Assembly: GCA_048939015.1 (NCBI GenBank)
Contig: JBHLPW010000001.1
Location: forward strand, 64,001-128,000
Source: Promethearchaeota archaeon
GTDB lineage: Archaea; Asgardarchaeota; Lokiarchaeia; Sigyniarchaeales; SOKP01
Reading direction: 5' to 3'
Length of the DNA stretch: 64,000 bases
The notes under the pieces were generated by a model. That model made no database searches, was not told the origin of the DNA, and saw nothing but the letters and a program-made list of their open reading frames with translations. Of this stretch, positions 38,701-48,465 are shown in pieces. A program made the position numbers and the translations under genes. Within the stretch, counting starts at the first letter, position 1. Every line of letters starts with the position of its first letter.

Positions 38701-39834
38701 CTATTTTTTCTTAATACTTTGTTCTTCTAATCTAATTTTTCTTTGCATTATTCTATCAAATAGATCGTCCATTGAAGGATAGGGGGTGAATTGTCTGTCT
38801 CGTTTTATCATTTTAATTGCTTCTGAGGGGCATTTTGAAGCACAATTTCCACATCCTATGCAACGTTTTCTTTTAACTAAAGATAAATCATCCTTTAGCT
38901 TTATAGCTTTCATGGGGCATATCTCTACACATGTACCACACCCAATACATAAATCAGAATCCACATCTGCATAATAATTTGCTACTACAACATCAGCAGG
39001 ATTAGGGAGCATTAAATACTTTGACAAATTTTCACAGCAACAGCTACAGCAACTACATACAAATGAAAAATTTTGTGAATTATCTGGTTGTAACACAAGT
39101 CCTTCTTCTTGGTTTTTCTTCAATATTTCAAACGCTTCTTCTTTTGTTATTTCATGTCCCCGTCCAAGATCAATAGTTACTTGAGCCATCATACCAGCTG
39201 CCATACAAACTTCTCTACGGTTAGTAGCTTTACATGGATCTTCCAAAATGTCTTTTACTTGTCTACAAACACAATTCATTATTGCGAATGGACCTTCAGA
39301 GGATTCAAGAATTTTAGAAATATTATCAAAATTACTAACGTTATGTTCAAATTCTATACTTTTCTCAACTGGAATCGTACGTAATTGGGCAGCTCTCACT
39401 CTAGATGCTTCTGGTAAGTAACCTTGAGTATAATAATCATGAAAATCCTTAATAAATTCTTTTGTAAGGTTATTTACTTGCCACTCAAACATACCTACTG
39501 CTAAAATGGCATTTCCATAATATTTCTTTCCTTCCTCTTTTTTAAAATTTATAGATCCTTTAGATACCATTCTATCTAAAAAAGTTTCTAACTCTTCGAG
39601 AGAAATTCCTGTCTCTTTTGCTCTTTCGTAAATAATTTCTATTGATTCTAAGTCTCTATCCCACCCGAATTTTAAAAACATAGCGATTTTTGCTTCTTCA
39701 GGTGTAAAAAGATGTTTTAATAAGCGAATATCTGCACCTGATTTCACAGAGGGAAATCCAACTGGCATTTTGTCTAAATGTTGCTGTAATTTCCTATATA
39801 TGTCAGAATCTTCTATCATACCTAAATTTGCCAT
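38701..39834 (-). CDS. 4Fe-4S dicluster protein with Cys-rich central domain, paralog 2
   Basis: LDKMPVGFP, LFTPEEA, CVCR, CSCCSCCC, two ferredoxin motifs. Confidence 0.85.
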   Translation of the reverse strand: MANLGMIEDSDIYRKLQQHLDKMPVGFPSVKSGADIRLLKHLFTPEEAKIAMFLKFGWDRDLESIEIIYERAKETGISLEELETFLDRMVSKGSINFKKEEGKKYYGNAILAVGMFEWQVNNLTKEFIKDFHDYYTQGYLPEASRVRAAQLRTIPVEKSIEFEHNVSNFDNISKILESSEGPFAIMNCVCRQVKDILEDPCKATNRREVCMAAGMMAQVTIDLGRGHEITKEEAFEILKKNQEEGLVLQPDNSQNFSFVCSCCSCCCENLSKYLMLPNPADVVVANYYADVDSDLCIGCGTCVEICPMKAIKLKDDLSLVKRKRCIGCGNCASKCPSEAIKMIKRDRQFTPYPSMDDLFDRIMQRKIRLEEQSIKKK

Positions 39835-39906
39835 TTTTTTAATCCTTAAAATAATAAAATTTGAGATTAAATTATTATATGTTCTTTGTATTTATATTAG
39901 TTTCTT

Positions 39907-40413
39907 TTAATCATCCCAATTAACTATATGTTCTAAGAATGGCTTAATATTTTTCAATGATTTTCGTAAAAATAAGGGATATAATCTTATTTCCTCTAAT
40001 TGGTCGATATCTACCCATTTAAAAATTAATTCAAGTTCTTTTCCATACAATCTATCATTTTCCTCTAACATAGATTCTTTCCCAGAAAATTCTTCATTTT
40101 CTAAAATTAATGTAGTATCAGGATGAAATTCCATGAGATAAAAAATAGATAATTCGTGATGATTCTTTTCCTCAAATTTGAAAAAATTTTCTACAAAATA
40201 AAGAGGTCTAATTATTCTAATTTTAGCATTAAGCTCTTCCTTCATTTCTCTTATAAGAGTATCCTGAGAAATTTCAAAAAATTCACACCTTCCCCCAGGT
40301 AAACACCAAAAATCATCAAGGATACTTCTATGTATAAGTAATTTATTATTTTTAATGGCTACTCCAGCAACCCTGTAAGTAAACACATTATTTTCTTTTT
40401 CAAATCTTAACAT
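39907..40413 (-). CDS. NUDIX hydrolase
   Basis: LPGGRCEFFEISQDTLIREMKEEL Nudix box; start at ATG 40413. Confidence 0.9.
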   Translation of the reverse strand: MLRFEKENNVFTYRVAGVAIKNNKLLIHRSILDDFWCLPGGRCEFFEISQDTLIREMKEELNAKIRIIRPLYFVENFFKFEEKNHHELSIFYLMEFHPDTTLILENEEFSGKESMLEENDRLYGKELELIFKWVDIDQLEEIRLYPLFLRKSLKNIKPFLEHIVNWDD

Positions 40414-40493
40414 TTGAATTAAAAGTAATAGAAAAAATTTAAAAAATTTGTATTTTATCAAATGATATTTAAAAAAAAAGGAAAGGGATAATA

Positions 40494-41285
40494 TTAGTCT
40501 CTGAAACCATAATATGCGTTAATGAGTAATAATAAAAGACCAACGACCGTTATATCATAGCTACCTATTAGCGTTGTTATTATATAATCCCACCGAAAAG
40601 AGTAGCATAATAACGCTATAACAACCACTATTAACACAATGATCGATAGTATGTTTTTTCCTGTTCGCTTCCACCAACTAGGTTCTAACATTAATTTTTC
40701 AATTATTTGTGCCTGACTTAGTGAAGCATCCATATTTGCTATATCCTCCTTGATTTTTTTCATTTCTCTGACTTTAAAAATTGATCTGAAAATTCCACCT
40801 ATAATAAATAACGCAATAATTATCATTAAATCAAGTATAGTGTTAGTGGATTCTAACGATATTGGAGCGCCTCCATACCAATTAATCACCAGGAAGGTTA
40901 TTAATAATATAATTAAGAGGATTCTTACTGAAAATTTTGGTAAGTACAAAGGTTTTTTCTCTTTTTTCACATTTATTAGTACTAATTCAGGATTCTTAAT
41001 CTCATTAATTATTTCTCGTAATTCTTCGCGTTGACTTCTTCTTGCTTCAAAATAAAATGCAACAGCAATAAATATGACATTAACAACTAAACCTGGAACA
41101 TTCTCACCAGATATGATATACCCAAAAGGAAACGTTACCAGCATAAGAGTAACCAAAGCTCTAACAGTTCCTCGTGGCATACTTAAAGGTTGTCCTTCTA
41201 CTTTTCCATTTTCACTAAACCTAAAAATTATGCACCATATTAACAAAATTCCACCAATAATAAAACTAATTATAAACTCATTCAT
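40494..41285 (-). CDS. Membrane protein with internal duplication
   Basis: PLSMPRGTVRAL and PLYLPKFSVRIL each precede a TM pair. Confidence 0.75.
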   Translation of the reverse strand: MNEFIISFIIGGILLIWCIIFRFSENGKVEGQPLSMPRGTVRALVTLMLVTFPFGYIISGENVPGLVVNVIFIAVAFYFEARRSQREELREIINEIKNPELVLINVKKEKKPLYLPKFSVRILLIILLITFLVINWYGGAPISLESTNTILDLMIIIALFIIGGIFRSIFKVREMKKIKEDIANMDASLSQAQIIEKLMLEPSWWKRTGKNILSIIVLIVVVIALLCYSFRWDYIITTLIGSYDITVVGLLLLLINAYYGFRD

Positions 41286-41451
41286 TACAAACTCACTTCT
41301 GTATGTTTTTTTAACTTTTATAGAATAGGATAAAAATATATTATGATTAATTTTGATTTAATATTTTTAAGCCTTTGGTTGTTCTTTTTTATAATCTCTA
41401 TAGAAATATATATATGGAATATCAATCGAGTTTACTAAAAAATCAAATTAT

Positions 41452-42873
41452 TTAATTATTTTTTTTAGAGTTGAGAATATTTGCTCGTTCTGAAAGAATA
41501 AGATTAATTTTTTCTCGATCTTGGGGAAACCATTTCATTGCAACAATCCATAGTATTGCGCCAGGAACTATACAGAAACAGACAATTAAAACAGTTAACT
41601 GATAATTCGTACTCGTTAAAACTAATAGAAAACCACATAATAAGGGGCCGATACCTCTTCCAAATTGTTCTAGAAATTGGTTCCAAGAAACTATTTGACC
41701 TTGTGCTTCAGGTAAGTTAATTTGTTGTATTACCGGACTTTGATTCACAATATATAGTGAAAAGATGCTTCTTGATGTAAAAAATAAGGTCCCCATCAAC
41801 CACATTGTAGGTATTGTCATAATATAGGCTATATTTCTACCCTGTTCTGGGCTTAATGGAACCCATGGAACGAAAAAGAAAAGGGCAAAGGTGATTAAGC
41901 CTCCAATTATCGCGAGGACGATAATTGGTAATCTTCTAACCTGATCTTTCATAGCAATTTTATCGCTAACTCTTGATAAAAAAATTTGTCCTACTAATCC
42001 ACCTGTTAAGCCAAAAATTACCATAAAGACACCTATTGAAAAGGGTGCTAAATTATAGGGAGGATTCTGAACATAATTTAAAATTAAGAAATTTAGGCTA
42101 CTCATAAGTATACAAGTAAATATTCCTTCGATAAGCGCAACAATGTTGGTTTTGCTAAGCATAGTCTTTCGCATCATTTTAATGTCAATTTGGAAATCAT
42201 ATTCAATATTGTCATCTTTAAGAATATGATACAATTCTTCCTGCTGAGCTCCTCTTTTTGGTTCTTCATTATGAAGTGCAAAAATTAATCCCCCAATAAG
42301 AATGAATAAGCCAATACCCCAAAAAAAGATCCTCCAAAGCCCAACTTGAACTAAGAATGTTGCAATCAACCAACCTATTATATTTGTCGTATTAAGTACT
42401 ATTTGATAAACACCGAAAAATCTAGAACGATAATCTCGAGGAACTACATCATTAGATAATGAATTTATTGCTGGCCATGAACCTCCAGCAAAAAAACCAA
42501 AGATAGATATCAAAATTAAAAAGTAAAGCCATGTATCGAATCCACCTCCTTTAACCGCAAACCCTAAAATTAACATAGAAAATCCTCTGAAGAGAGATAT
42601 TACTATAATTATTTTCTTTCGAGAGTATTTATCAATCAATCTACCGAAAAGCAACCCAGCAATGGATCCACTCCAAGATAAGGTGGTATATAAAAGCCCC
42701 ATTTCCAATGCATGAATATCTGCAGGATCATTTGGCCAAATAATCTGAGCAAGAGGAACCACTAGAACAATCATAGCACCATATGCTACGCTTTGAAATC
42801 CATTTAATATGTAAAGAGGCCAGAAGATTCTATTGAATGTTCTATTTGGATTATTATCTATCCCCTTAGCCAT
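41452..42873 (-). CDS. MFS transporter
   Basis: GRLIDKYSRKK motif A, about 12 TM; start at ATG 42873. Confidence 0.9.
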   Translation of the reverse strand: MAKGIDNNPNRTFNRIFWPLYILNGFQSVAYGAMIVLVVPLAQIIWPNDPADIHALEMGLLYTTLSWSGSIAGLLFGRLIDKYSRKKIIIVISLFRGFSMLILGFAVKGGGFDTWLYFLILISIFGFFAGGSWPAINSLSNDVVPRDYRSRFFGVYQIVLNTTNIIGWLIATFLVQVGLWRIFFWGIGLFILIGGLIFALHNEEPKRGAQQEELYHILKDDNIEYDFQIDIKMMRKTMLSKTNIVALIEGIFTCILMSSLNFLILNYVQNPPYNLAPFSIGVFMVIFGLTGGLVGQIFLSRVSDKIAMKDQVRRLPIIVLAIIGGLITFALFFFVPWVPLSPEQGRNIAYIMTIPTMWLMGTLFFTSRSIFSLYIVNQSPVIQQINLPEAQGQIVSWNQFLEQFGRGIGPLLCGFLLVLTSTNYQLTVLIVCFCIVPGAILWIVAMKWFPQDREKINLILSERANILNSKKNN

Positions 42874-43020
42874 TTTCCTCAGTTTGAATTGAAATGTTCC
42901 AAAGATGGTGAATAAAATGAGGTACAAAATTTTAATTTAATGAGGTAAGTTAAATCTTTTGTATTGACACGTAATTAAAAAGAAACCCAAAGATGTATAA
43001 AAAATTAAAAAAAAAAAGAA

Positions 43021-43515
43021 TTAATGGTTATGATGATGGTCATGTTCATGACCACAACCACAAGCATGAGGAGGATCAGGTTCACAACCTGTTTCAAGTA
43101 TTTTAATTTTAAAATTTAAAACTTTACCTGCCATTGGATGATTTAAATCAATGGTAACTATATCATCCGTGACTTCTTTAATAGTAGCAGGAACTGGTTG
43201 ACCTTGTGGCCCTATTAATAATATCATTAATCCCGGTTTTGGTTCTTGTTCTGGAGGAAATTGTTCTTTTGAAATAGATTGAGTCATTCCTTCTTTATAA
43301 TCACCATATGCCTCTGGAGGATTCAATCTGATATTATATTCGTCTCCAACGGATTTACCTATTACAGAGTTATCAAAACCTGGAATAAGTTGGCCAGCGC
43401 CTACTTCAAATTTTAGAGGAACACCTCCATTTAATTCAGTACTGTCAAATATTGTTCCGTCATCAAAAGAGCCTATATACTCTACTTTTATTATATCGCC
43501 TGTTTTAATTGCCAT
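43021..43515 (-). CDS. slyD: SlyD-like FKBP-type peptidyl-prolyl isomerase with Cys/His tail
   Basis: GTIFDST, GQLIPGFD, PPEAYG, DLNHPMAGKVLNF, tail HACGCGHEHDHHHNH. Confidence 0.9.
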   Translation of the reverse strand: MAIKTGDIIKVEYIGSFDDGTIFDSTELNGGVPLKFEVGAGQLIPGFDNSVIGKSVGDEYNIRLNPPEAYGDYKEGMTQSISKEQFPPEQEPKPGLMILLIGPQGQPVPATIKEVTDDIVTIDLNHPMAGKVLNFKIKILETGCEPDPPHACGCGHEHDHHHNH

Positions 43516-43599
43516 TGTTTTTTCAATTTATAAAATATTTGTTGATTAAAGTGAAGAATGTTTTATTATTGAACCGATTATAATTTAATAATTTATGAT

Positions 43600-44208
43600 T
43601 TAAACCTGAGTTTTAATAATAGTGATAATTATATTTTTTAGAAACTCGATTAATTCTTCATCCGTATCGAAGAATGGTATGATAAATAGATGACGATGAA
43701 CGACTGCCTCAATGAGATTGAAAAAAAGTATGTTATTCTTAAGTAAAAGGTCCTCTGGTACACCTCGAAAGATTCCTTCTTTTTTATATATATGTAGTAT
43801 ATCTTTGAACATGTCATCTACGTAGGTTTTTATATTCGAAAACAATTCTTTATTAGCTAATATTGCTAGCTCATATGCTCGATGTATTTCATAATTTTCA
43901 CGATGTGTTTTTAAATGATTTCTAATATATAGGTCAAATATCTTTGGCAGGTTATTTTCTCCTATTTTCTTAAGAGCATTGATATCAAGGATCTTTTCTC
44001 CGGTATGTTCAAAAAATTTACTGGCTATTGAAGGTTTTCCTTTAGGGAAGTAGCGGTAAATAGTACCAATCCCTATATTTGCTCTATTCGTAATATCTCT
44101 TATATTTATATTCTGATACCCTTTTTCGTTGACTAAATCTGCAAATGCCTGAAATACGAGTCTAATTTTCTCATCTTTATCTCTTGTAAATTTTTTTTCT
44201 TGATTCAT
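43600..44208 (-). CDS. TetR/AcrR family regulator
   Basis: GYQNINIRDITNRANIGIGTIYRYFPKGK; start at ATG 44208. Confidence 0.92.
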   Translation of the reverse strand: MNQEKKFTRDKDEKIRLVFQAFADLVNEKGYQNINIRDITNRANIGIGTIYRYFPKGKPSIASKFFEHTGEKILDINALKKIGENNLPKIFDLYIRNHLKTHRENYEIHRAYELAILANKELFSNIKTYVDDMFKDILHIYKKEGIFRGVPEDLLLKNNILFFNLIEAVVHRHLFIIPFFDTDEELIEFLKNIIITIIKTQV

Positions 44209-44217
44209 AGTTAATAG

Positions 44218-44288
44218 TAACGGAACATTGTTCATAAAGTTTATATATTGAAATCAATTTTATATTCTTGTGGAACATTGTTCCGTTA
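44218..44288. promoter_or_regulatory. Paired TetR operators GGAACA-T-TGTTCC
   Basis: ggaacattgttc (44222-44233) and ggaacattgttcc (44272-44284), with outer taac/gtta flanks inverted, bracketing TATA-like tttatata and ttttatat. Confidence 0.8.
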
Positions 44289-44320
44289 TTAGGAAACATT
44301 AAAATTTATGAGGAAAAGTT

Positions 44321-45217
44321 ATGAAAATTATTTGTGTGGATCAAGAGAAATGTTCTAAATGTCTTAATTGTATTAAACATTGTCCTGCAAGTTGTTATAC
44401 AAATTCAACTAATGAAATAACGGGGGAAAAATCAATTGAATTTAATGATATTCATGGTTGGTGTATTTCATGTGGTCATTGCATATCAGTATGCCCTGTT
44501 AATGCTATTAAATATGAAAGTTCAGAAACTACATTTGAATTTGAATATGCAAACAAGCCATCATCAATAGTTCCTTATGAAACTCTTATAAAAATTATTC
44601 GAGCAAGACGTTCGATAAGAAATTTTAAAGAGAAGAATTTATCTAAAGAAGATATTAAAGCAGTCTTAGAAGCCATGCGATATGCTCCTACATCCCATAA
44701 TATGCAACAGGTATATTATATCATTATCACCGACCCAAAAAAGATTGAAAAATTGAAACAAGAAGCGATAAGATTAGTTAAATTTTACAGAAAAATAATC
44801 AAGTATAGTTTCTTCTTCAAATTATTTTTACCAAAGAATGTTAAAGAAGTCATATTTGATCCGTCTATTAAAGAGGGAATGGATGATATGATCAAACAAT
44901 TTGGAGAGGGAAAGGATGTAATCTTTCATTCAGCACCTGTCATAATAATCACTTATGCTCCTAGTATGGGACCCACAACGTGTTTGGATTCTGCCATTGC
45001 ACTAACTCATGGAATGTTTGCTGCTCAAGCACGTGATTTAGGGACTTGTTGTATTGGGTTTTCTCATGAAGCACTTAGAAGGTATAAGCAAAATAATAAG
45101 TGGTTAAATATCCCGAAAAATATGGAAGTTACAGGTGTTTTAATACTTGGACATCCTGATGGTCAGTATTTAAGAGCTCCTCCTCGAAAATCTGTGAAAC
45201 TTCAATGGAATCCTTAA
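44321..45217 (+). CDS. Nitroreductase with N-terminal ferredoxin domain
   Basis: CSKCLNCIKHCP, CISCGHCISVCP, RRSIRNF, YAPTSHNMQ, LGTCCIG. Confidence 0.93.
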   Translation: MKIICVDQEKCSKCLNCIKHCPASCYTNSTNEITGEKSIEFNDIHGWCISCGHCISVCPVNAIKYESSETTFEFEYANKPSSIVPYETLIKIIRARRSIRNFKEKNLSKEDIKAVLEAMRYAPTSHNMQQVYYIIITDPKKIEKLKQEAIRLVKFYRKIIKYSFFFKLFLPKNVKEVIFDPSIKEGMDDMIKQFGEGKDVIFHSAPVIIITYAPSMGPTTCLDSAIALTHGMFAAQARDLGTCCIGFSHEALRRYKQNNKWLNIPKNMEVTGVLILGHPDGQYLRAPPRKSVKLQWNP

Positions 45218-45229
45218 TTTTTTTTTTAT

Positions 45230-46858
45230 TTAATTTGAGAAATATTTCTTAATAAATTCTAATCGAAATGATTCAGGATTTTTTTTATTTTTAGTTATAA
45301 ACTCTTCATATTTTTTGTATAAACCTAACATGTCGTCATAAAGCGCCACATATTCATTATTGGGTTTTATCAATGCACTTTTATGAATATCAATAAATTT
45401 AGAGATTACATCATTCCAACTTTTTCCCTTTTTTTTAGAATCATAATAAGATTTAGCAGCTCTAAGTGCTGAACCTAAAGCTGCTGAATCTGAATAATCA
45501 AACATACGAACTTTTGCATTAAAAATATTTGCTAATACTTGGAGTATTGCTTCATTGATAGAAGCCCCTCCAGTGGCGTATATTTCGGTAGGTTTTTCGT
45601 TAATCCATTCTGAATGAAGCCTCATAGATAAAAATTGAGCTTCGATTATACCCCTTATATTTCCTTCCATGTCATTTTCATCAAAACCAAATCGATGTAC
45701 TTTGGGTTCTAATACTTGTGGTACAATCTCAGGAATAAAGTATGGTAACATAATTTTTCCATAATTTCCTGAGGGTGTTTTGTTCAAAATCTCAGAAAAT
45801 TTATCCCAATTTAAATTGAATTTACTTTTTATTTCTTCTCTAGCCAATGAACCATTTTTATAGCAAATTAAACTCATATAATCCCCAGTTGGTGCCCCGA
45901 AGACATGTCCTTCCCCTTTAAAGTCAAGAGATAAATCTTTTAGATATCCAAAAAAGGTATCACTAGTTCCTAAACTAATTGCTACTTTTCCTTTTTCGAT
46001 TACACCTACTCCAATTAGACTATTTGGATTATCTCCCGACCATGTAATTAGATTAGTGTCCTCGTTAAACCCAAATTTTGAAACAAAATAGTCTGATAAG
46101 TTTCCAATCGTAGTTTGAGATTCTGTAAGTTTTGGTAACTTATCGTTTAAATTTGGAGCTGTCGCTTCTAATGCGCGGTCAGACCATTGTTTTGTTTTGA
46201 TGTCCATTAAATTCATACCCGCTCCATCGCCATGATCTATAGGAGCATTTTTCCCTAGTAGAACTGAAGCCATAAATGAACTTACTAAATGAATAATTGA
46301 AGTGTTATTATATTCTTCACGATGTTCTTGGTAAAATTTTCTTATTTGAGGTCCGGAAAATCGTTCAAAAGTATTTGAACCTAATAATTCTATTGTAGAA
46401 ATTAATCCCCCTAAGTAGTCGCGGATTTCATTACATTGTTTAGATGTACTCGAATCCATCCAAATGGGACTTGTATGGCGAGATAATGTAGATTCTAATT
46501 GTGTTTTAAGAGATTTATCCAATTGTAAGTTTTTTAGAGTTCTTTCAAATTTACTATTCAAATAGACTGTTCCATGTTGTTGTGCAGATCCCGATATTGT
46601 CTTAATTTCATTAAGGGGAATATTATTATTAATAAATTCATTAAAGAGCATTTCTAATGCTTCTATCCACATAAGTGGATAAGAATGAATGATTTTATTA
46701 TCACCCAAGACAATAACTCCATTTTTAGTTTGATAATGTGGTAATATTTCATCAAAATTGATACAATACCTAAATACAACTTTACCCATATTAAAATTTA
46801 TAATAATACCAGTAAGGCTTTGAGTTGAACAATCCAAACCGAGAAACAATTCTTTCAT
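45230..46858 (-). CDS. xylB: Xylulokinase (FGGY family, eukaryotic XKS1/XYLB-like type)
   Basis: LGLDCSTQS, SGSAQQHGTVY, SPIWMDSST, ERFSGPQIRK, LVSSFMAS, GMNLMDI, SLGTSDT, NGSLARE. Confidence 0.85.
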   Translation of the reverse strand: MKELFLGLDCSTQSLTGIIINFNMGKVVFRYCINFDEILPHYQTKNGVIVLGDNKIIHSYPLMWIEALEMLFNEFINNNIPLNEIKTISGSAQQHGTVYLNSKFERTLKNLQLDKSLKTQLESTLSRHTSPIWMDSSTSKQCNEIRDYLGGLISTIELLGSNTFERFSGPQIRKFYQEHREEYNNTSIIHLVSSFMASVLLGKNAPIDHGDGAGMNLMDIKTKQWSDRALEATAPNLNDKLPKLTESQTTIGNLSDYFVSKFGFNEDTNLITWSGDNPNSLIGVGVIEKGKVAISLGTSDTFFGYLKDLSLDFKGEGHVFGAPTGDYMSLICYKNGSLAREEIKSKFNLNWDKFSEILNKTPSGNYGKIMLPYFIPEIVPQVLEPKVHRFGFDENDMEGNIRGIIEAQFLSMRLHSEWINEKPTEIYATGGASINEAILQVLANIFNAKVRMFDYSDSAALGSALRAAKSYYDSKKKGKSWNDVISKFIDIHKSALIKPNNEYVALYDDMLGLYKKYEEFITKNKKNPESFRLEFIKKYFSN

Positions 46859-46890
46859 TGTTATTATTTCCTTTCATAACATTGCATAAA

Positions 46891-47277
46891 TTATTTACGA
46901 AATCGTTCAATAAATGATTCAGATATTCCTCTTCTTTGAAGTAAGTCGAATTTTTTGGCTTGTCGAGTCGGCGATTTCTGATAGGCATTTTCAATAGCTC
47001 TCATAAACTGTAAACCATCATATGTTATCTCATACACTCCGTTTCCTTCTCTGCTAATCAGATTAACATCTCTTAATTGAGTGAGATGATTAGAAACCGC
47101 GGTTTTTTTTAATTCTAGTTCTTTTACAATTATACCATAAGACTGTGGCCCTTTTAAGAGTAATAAAAGAATCTGTATCCTCTTCTCATTACCCAGTGCT
47201 TTCAATATTTCTGAAATTTCTGAGAAGGAAAGATTAATGGATTTAATTAGATGATCATGAACATTGGAGTTGATCAT
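46891..47277 (-). CDS. ArsR/SmtB-family regulator
   Basis: LKALGNEKRIQIL...TAVSNHLTQL. Confidence 0.88.
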   Translation of the reverse strand: MINSNVHDHLIKSINLSFSEISEILKALGNEKRIQILLLLLKGPQSYGIIVKELELKKTAVSNHLTQLRDVNLISREGNGVYEITYDGLQFMRAIENAYQKSPTRQAKKFDLLQRRGISESFIERFRK

Positions 47278-47792
47278 TCTTTATCCTCCTTTTTTAATTT
47301 AATAGGGATATACCAATCCATTAATGAACTTTCATTATTTTCTCCCTTCCATCTATTAGGATGGTAGGCTTGCATCATAAATGGGTACGAAGGTTCATAC
47401 TCCGACTCCGGTAACCACTGAGAAAATATATATTCGGTTCCTTTCCCCATATACTTCGATGTAAAGAATAAATACTGAGATTCTGGGAACACTTTATAAA
47501 ACATTTCCATAGGAAAAAATTCTATGCTTTTTACTTCAATTCCAACAAAAATATGAAATTTCTTATGTGTAGTATAGTCATCTGGCTCAATATGAACTTC
47601 GTATCCTTGAGTTTCTCCGTATTTGATTGAATCTAGGAAATCTCTGTATTTAATATATAAATTCATAAATCTTTCCCAAGTCTTACCAATTTCGTTTTCT
47701 CTATCCCAACCTTTTGCTGAATGAAAGGGATCACCATAAAAAACACATCCCAAAAGTTTGAATATTTTTGGCCCTAATACTTGAGGTTCCAA
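47274..47792 (-). CDS. GyrI-like small-molecule-binding protein
   Basis: IGKTWERF, IFVGIEV, YIFSQWLPESEY, DWYIPIK. Confidence 0.82.
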   Translation of the reverse strand: MEPQVLGPKIFKLLGCVFYGDPFHSAKGWDRENEIGKTWERFMNLYIKYRDFLDSIKYGETQGYEVHIEPDDYTTHKKFHIFVGIEVKSIEFFPMEMFYKVFPESQYLFFTSKYMGKGTEYIFSQWLPESEYEPSYPFMMQAYHPNRWKGENNESSLMDWYIPIKLKKEDKE

Positions 47793-47932
47793 AACTTCTG
47801 AAGAACTCCTTTTTGATAATTAAAATAAGGCTTTTCATATATTTAAATTTATTCATTTTTTTTAGGGATTTATTCATATAATTTAAATACTAGAAAATCA
47901 TTTTGTGGTTACCAACTAAATGGTTAAAAAAG

Positions 47933-48442
47933 ATGAAAGCACAAGAATATATATTAAGACCGATAGGCAAGGTTAGAGTTAAAGGAGATGATCCAAAAAC
48001 GGCAGAATATTTCTTGGATATCGAAAAACCCTACCGCTCGGCTTTAAAAGAATTAGATAAATGGTCTCACGTAATTGTTCTTTTTTGGGGCCATGAAATG
48101 GATAAGGATGAATATAGGAATGCTGAAGATTGGGCGGTGGATGTTCCATATGCGGAGGGTGCACCTAAAACAGGAATCTTCGCAACTCGCGCAGAATATC
48201 GTCCAAATCCAATCCTCATGACAACATCAGCAATATTGAATGTTGATATCAAAAACGGACTTGTTCAATTAGCGGGGATAGATGCTTTTAATGACACACC
48301 AATTATCGATCTCAAGGCTTATTTTCCTATGTGTGATAGAGTAAGAAATGCTCACATTGCACCTTGGTTAGATGGATGGCCAGAATATCTTGAAGATGGT
48401 ATTGAATGGTGGGAGGAACAAGGATTCTTTAATTATGAATAA
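47933..48442 (+). CDS. TrmO/TsaA (YaeB)-like SAM-binding methyltransferase domain protein
   Basis: LRPIG, SHVIVLFW, GIFATRAEYRPNPI, IDAFNDTPIIDLKAY; start at ATG 47933. Confidence 0.85.
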   Translation: MKAQEYILRPIGKVRVKGDDPKTAEYFLDIEKPYRSALKELDKWSHVIVLFWGHEMDKDEYRNAEDWAVDVPYAEGAPKTGIFATRAEYRPNPILMTTSAILNVDIKNGLVQLAGIDAFNDTPIIDLKAYFPMCDRVRNAHIAPWLDGWPEYLEDGIEWWEEQGFFNYE

Positions 48443-48465
48443 AACTGAGATATAAAGGGAAAAAA

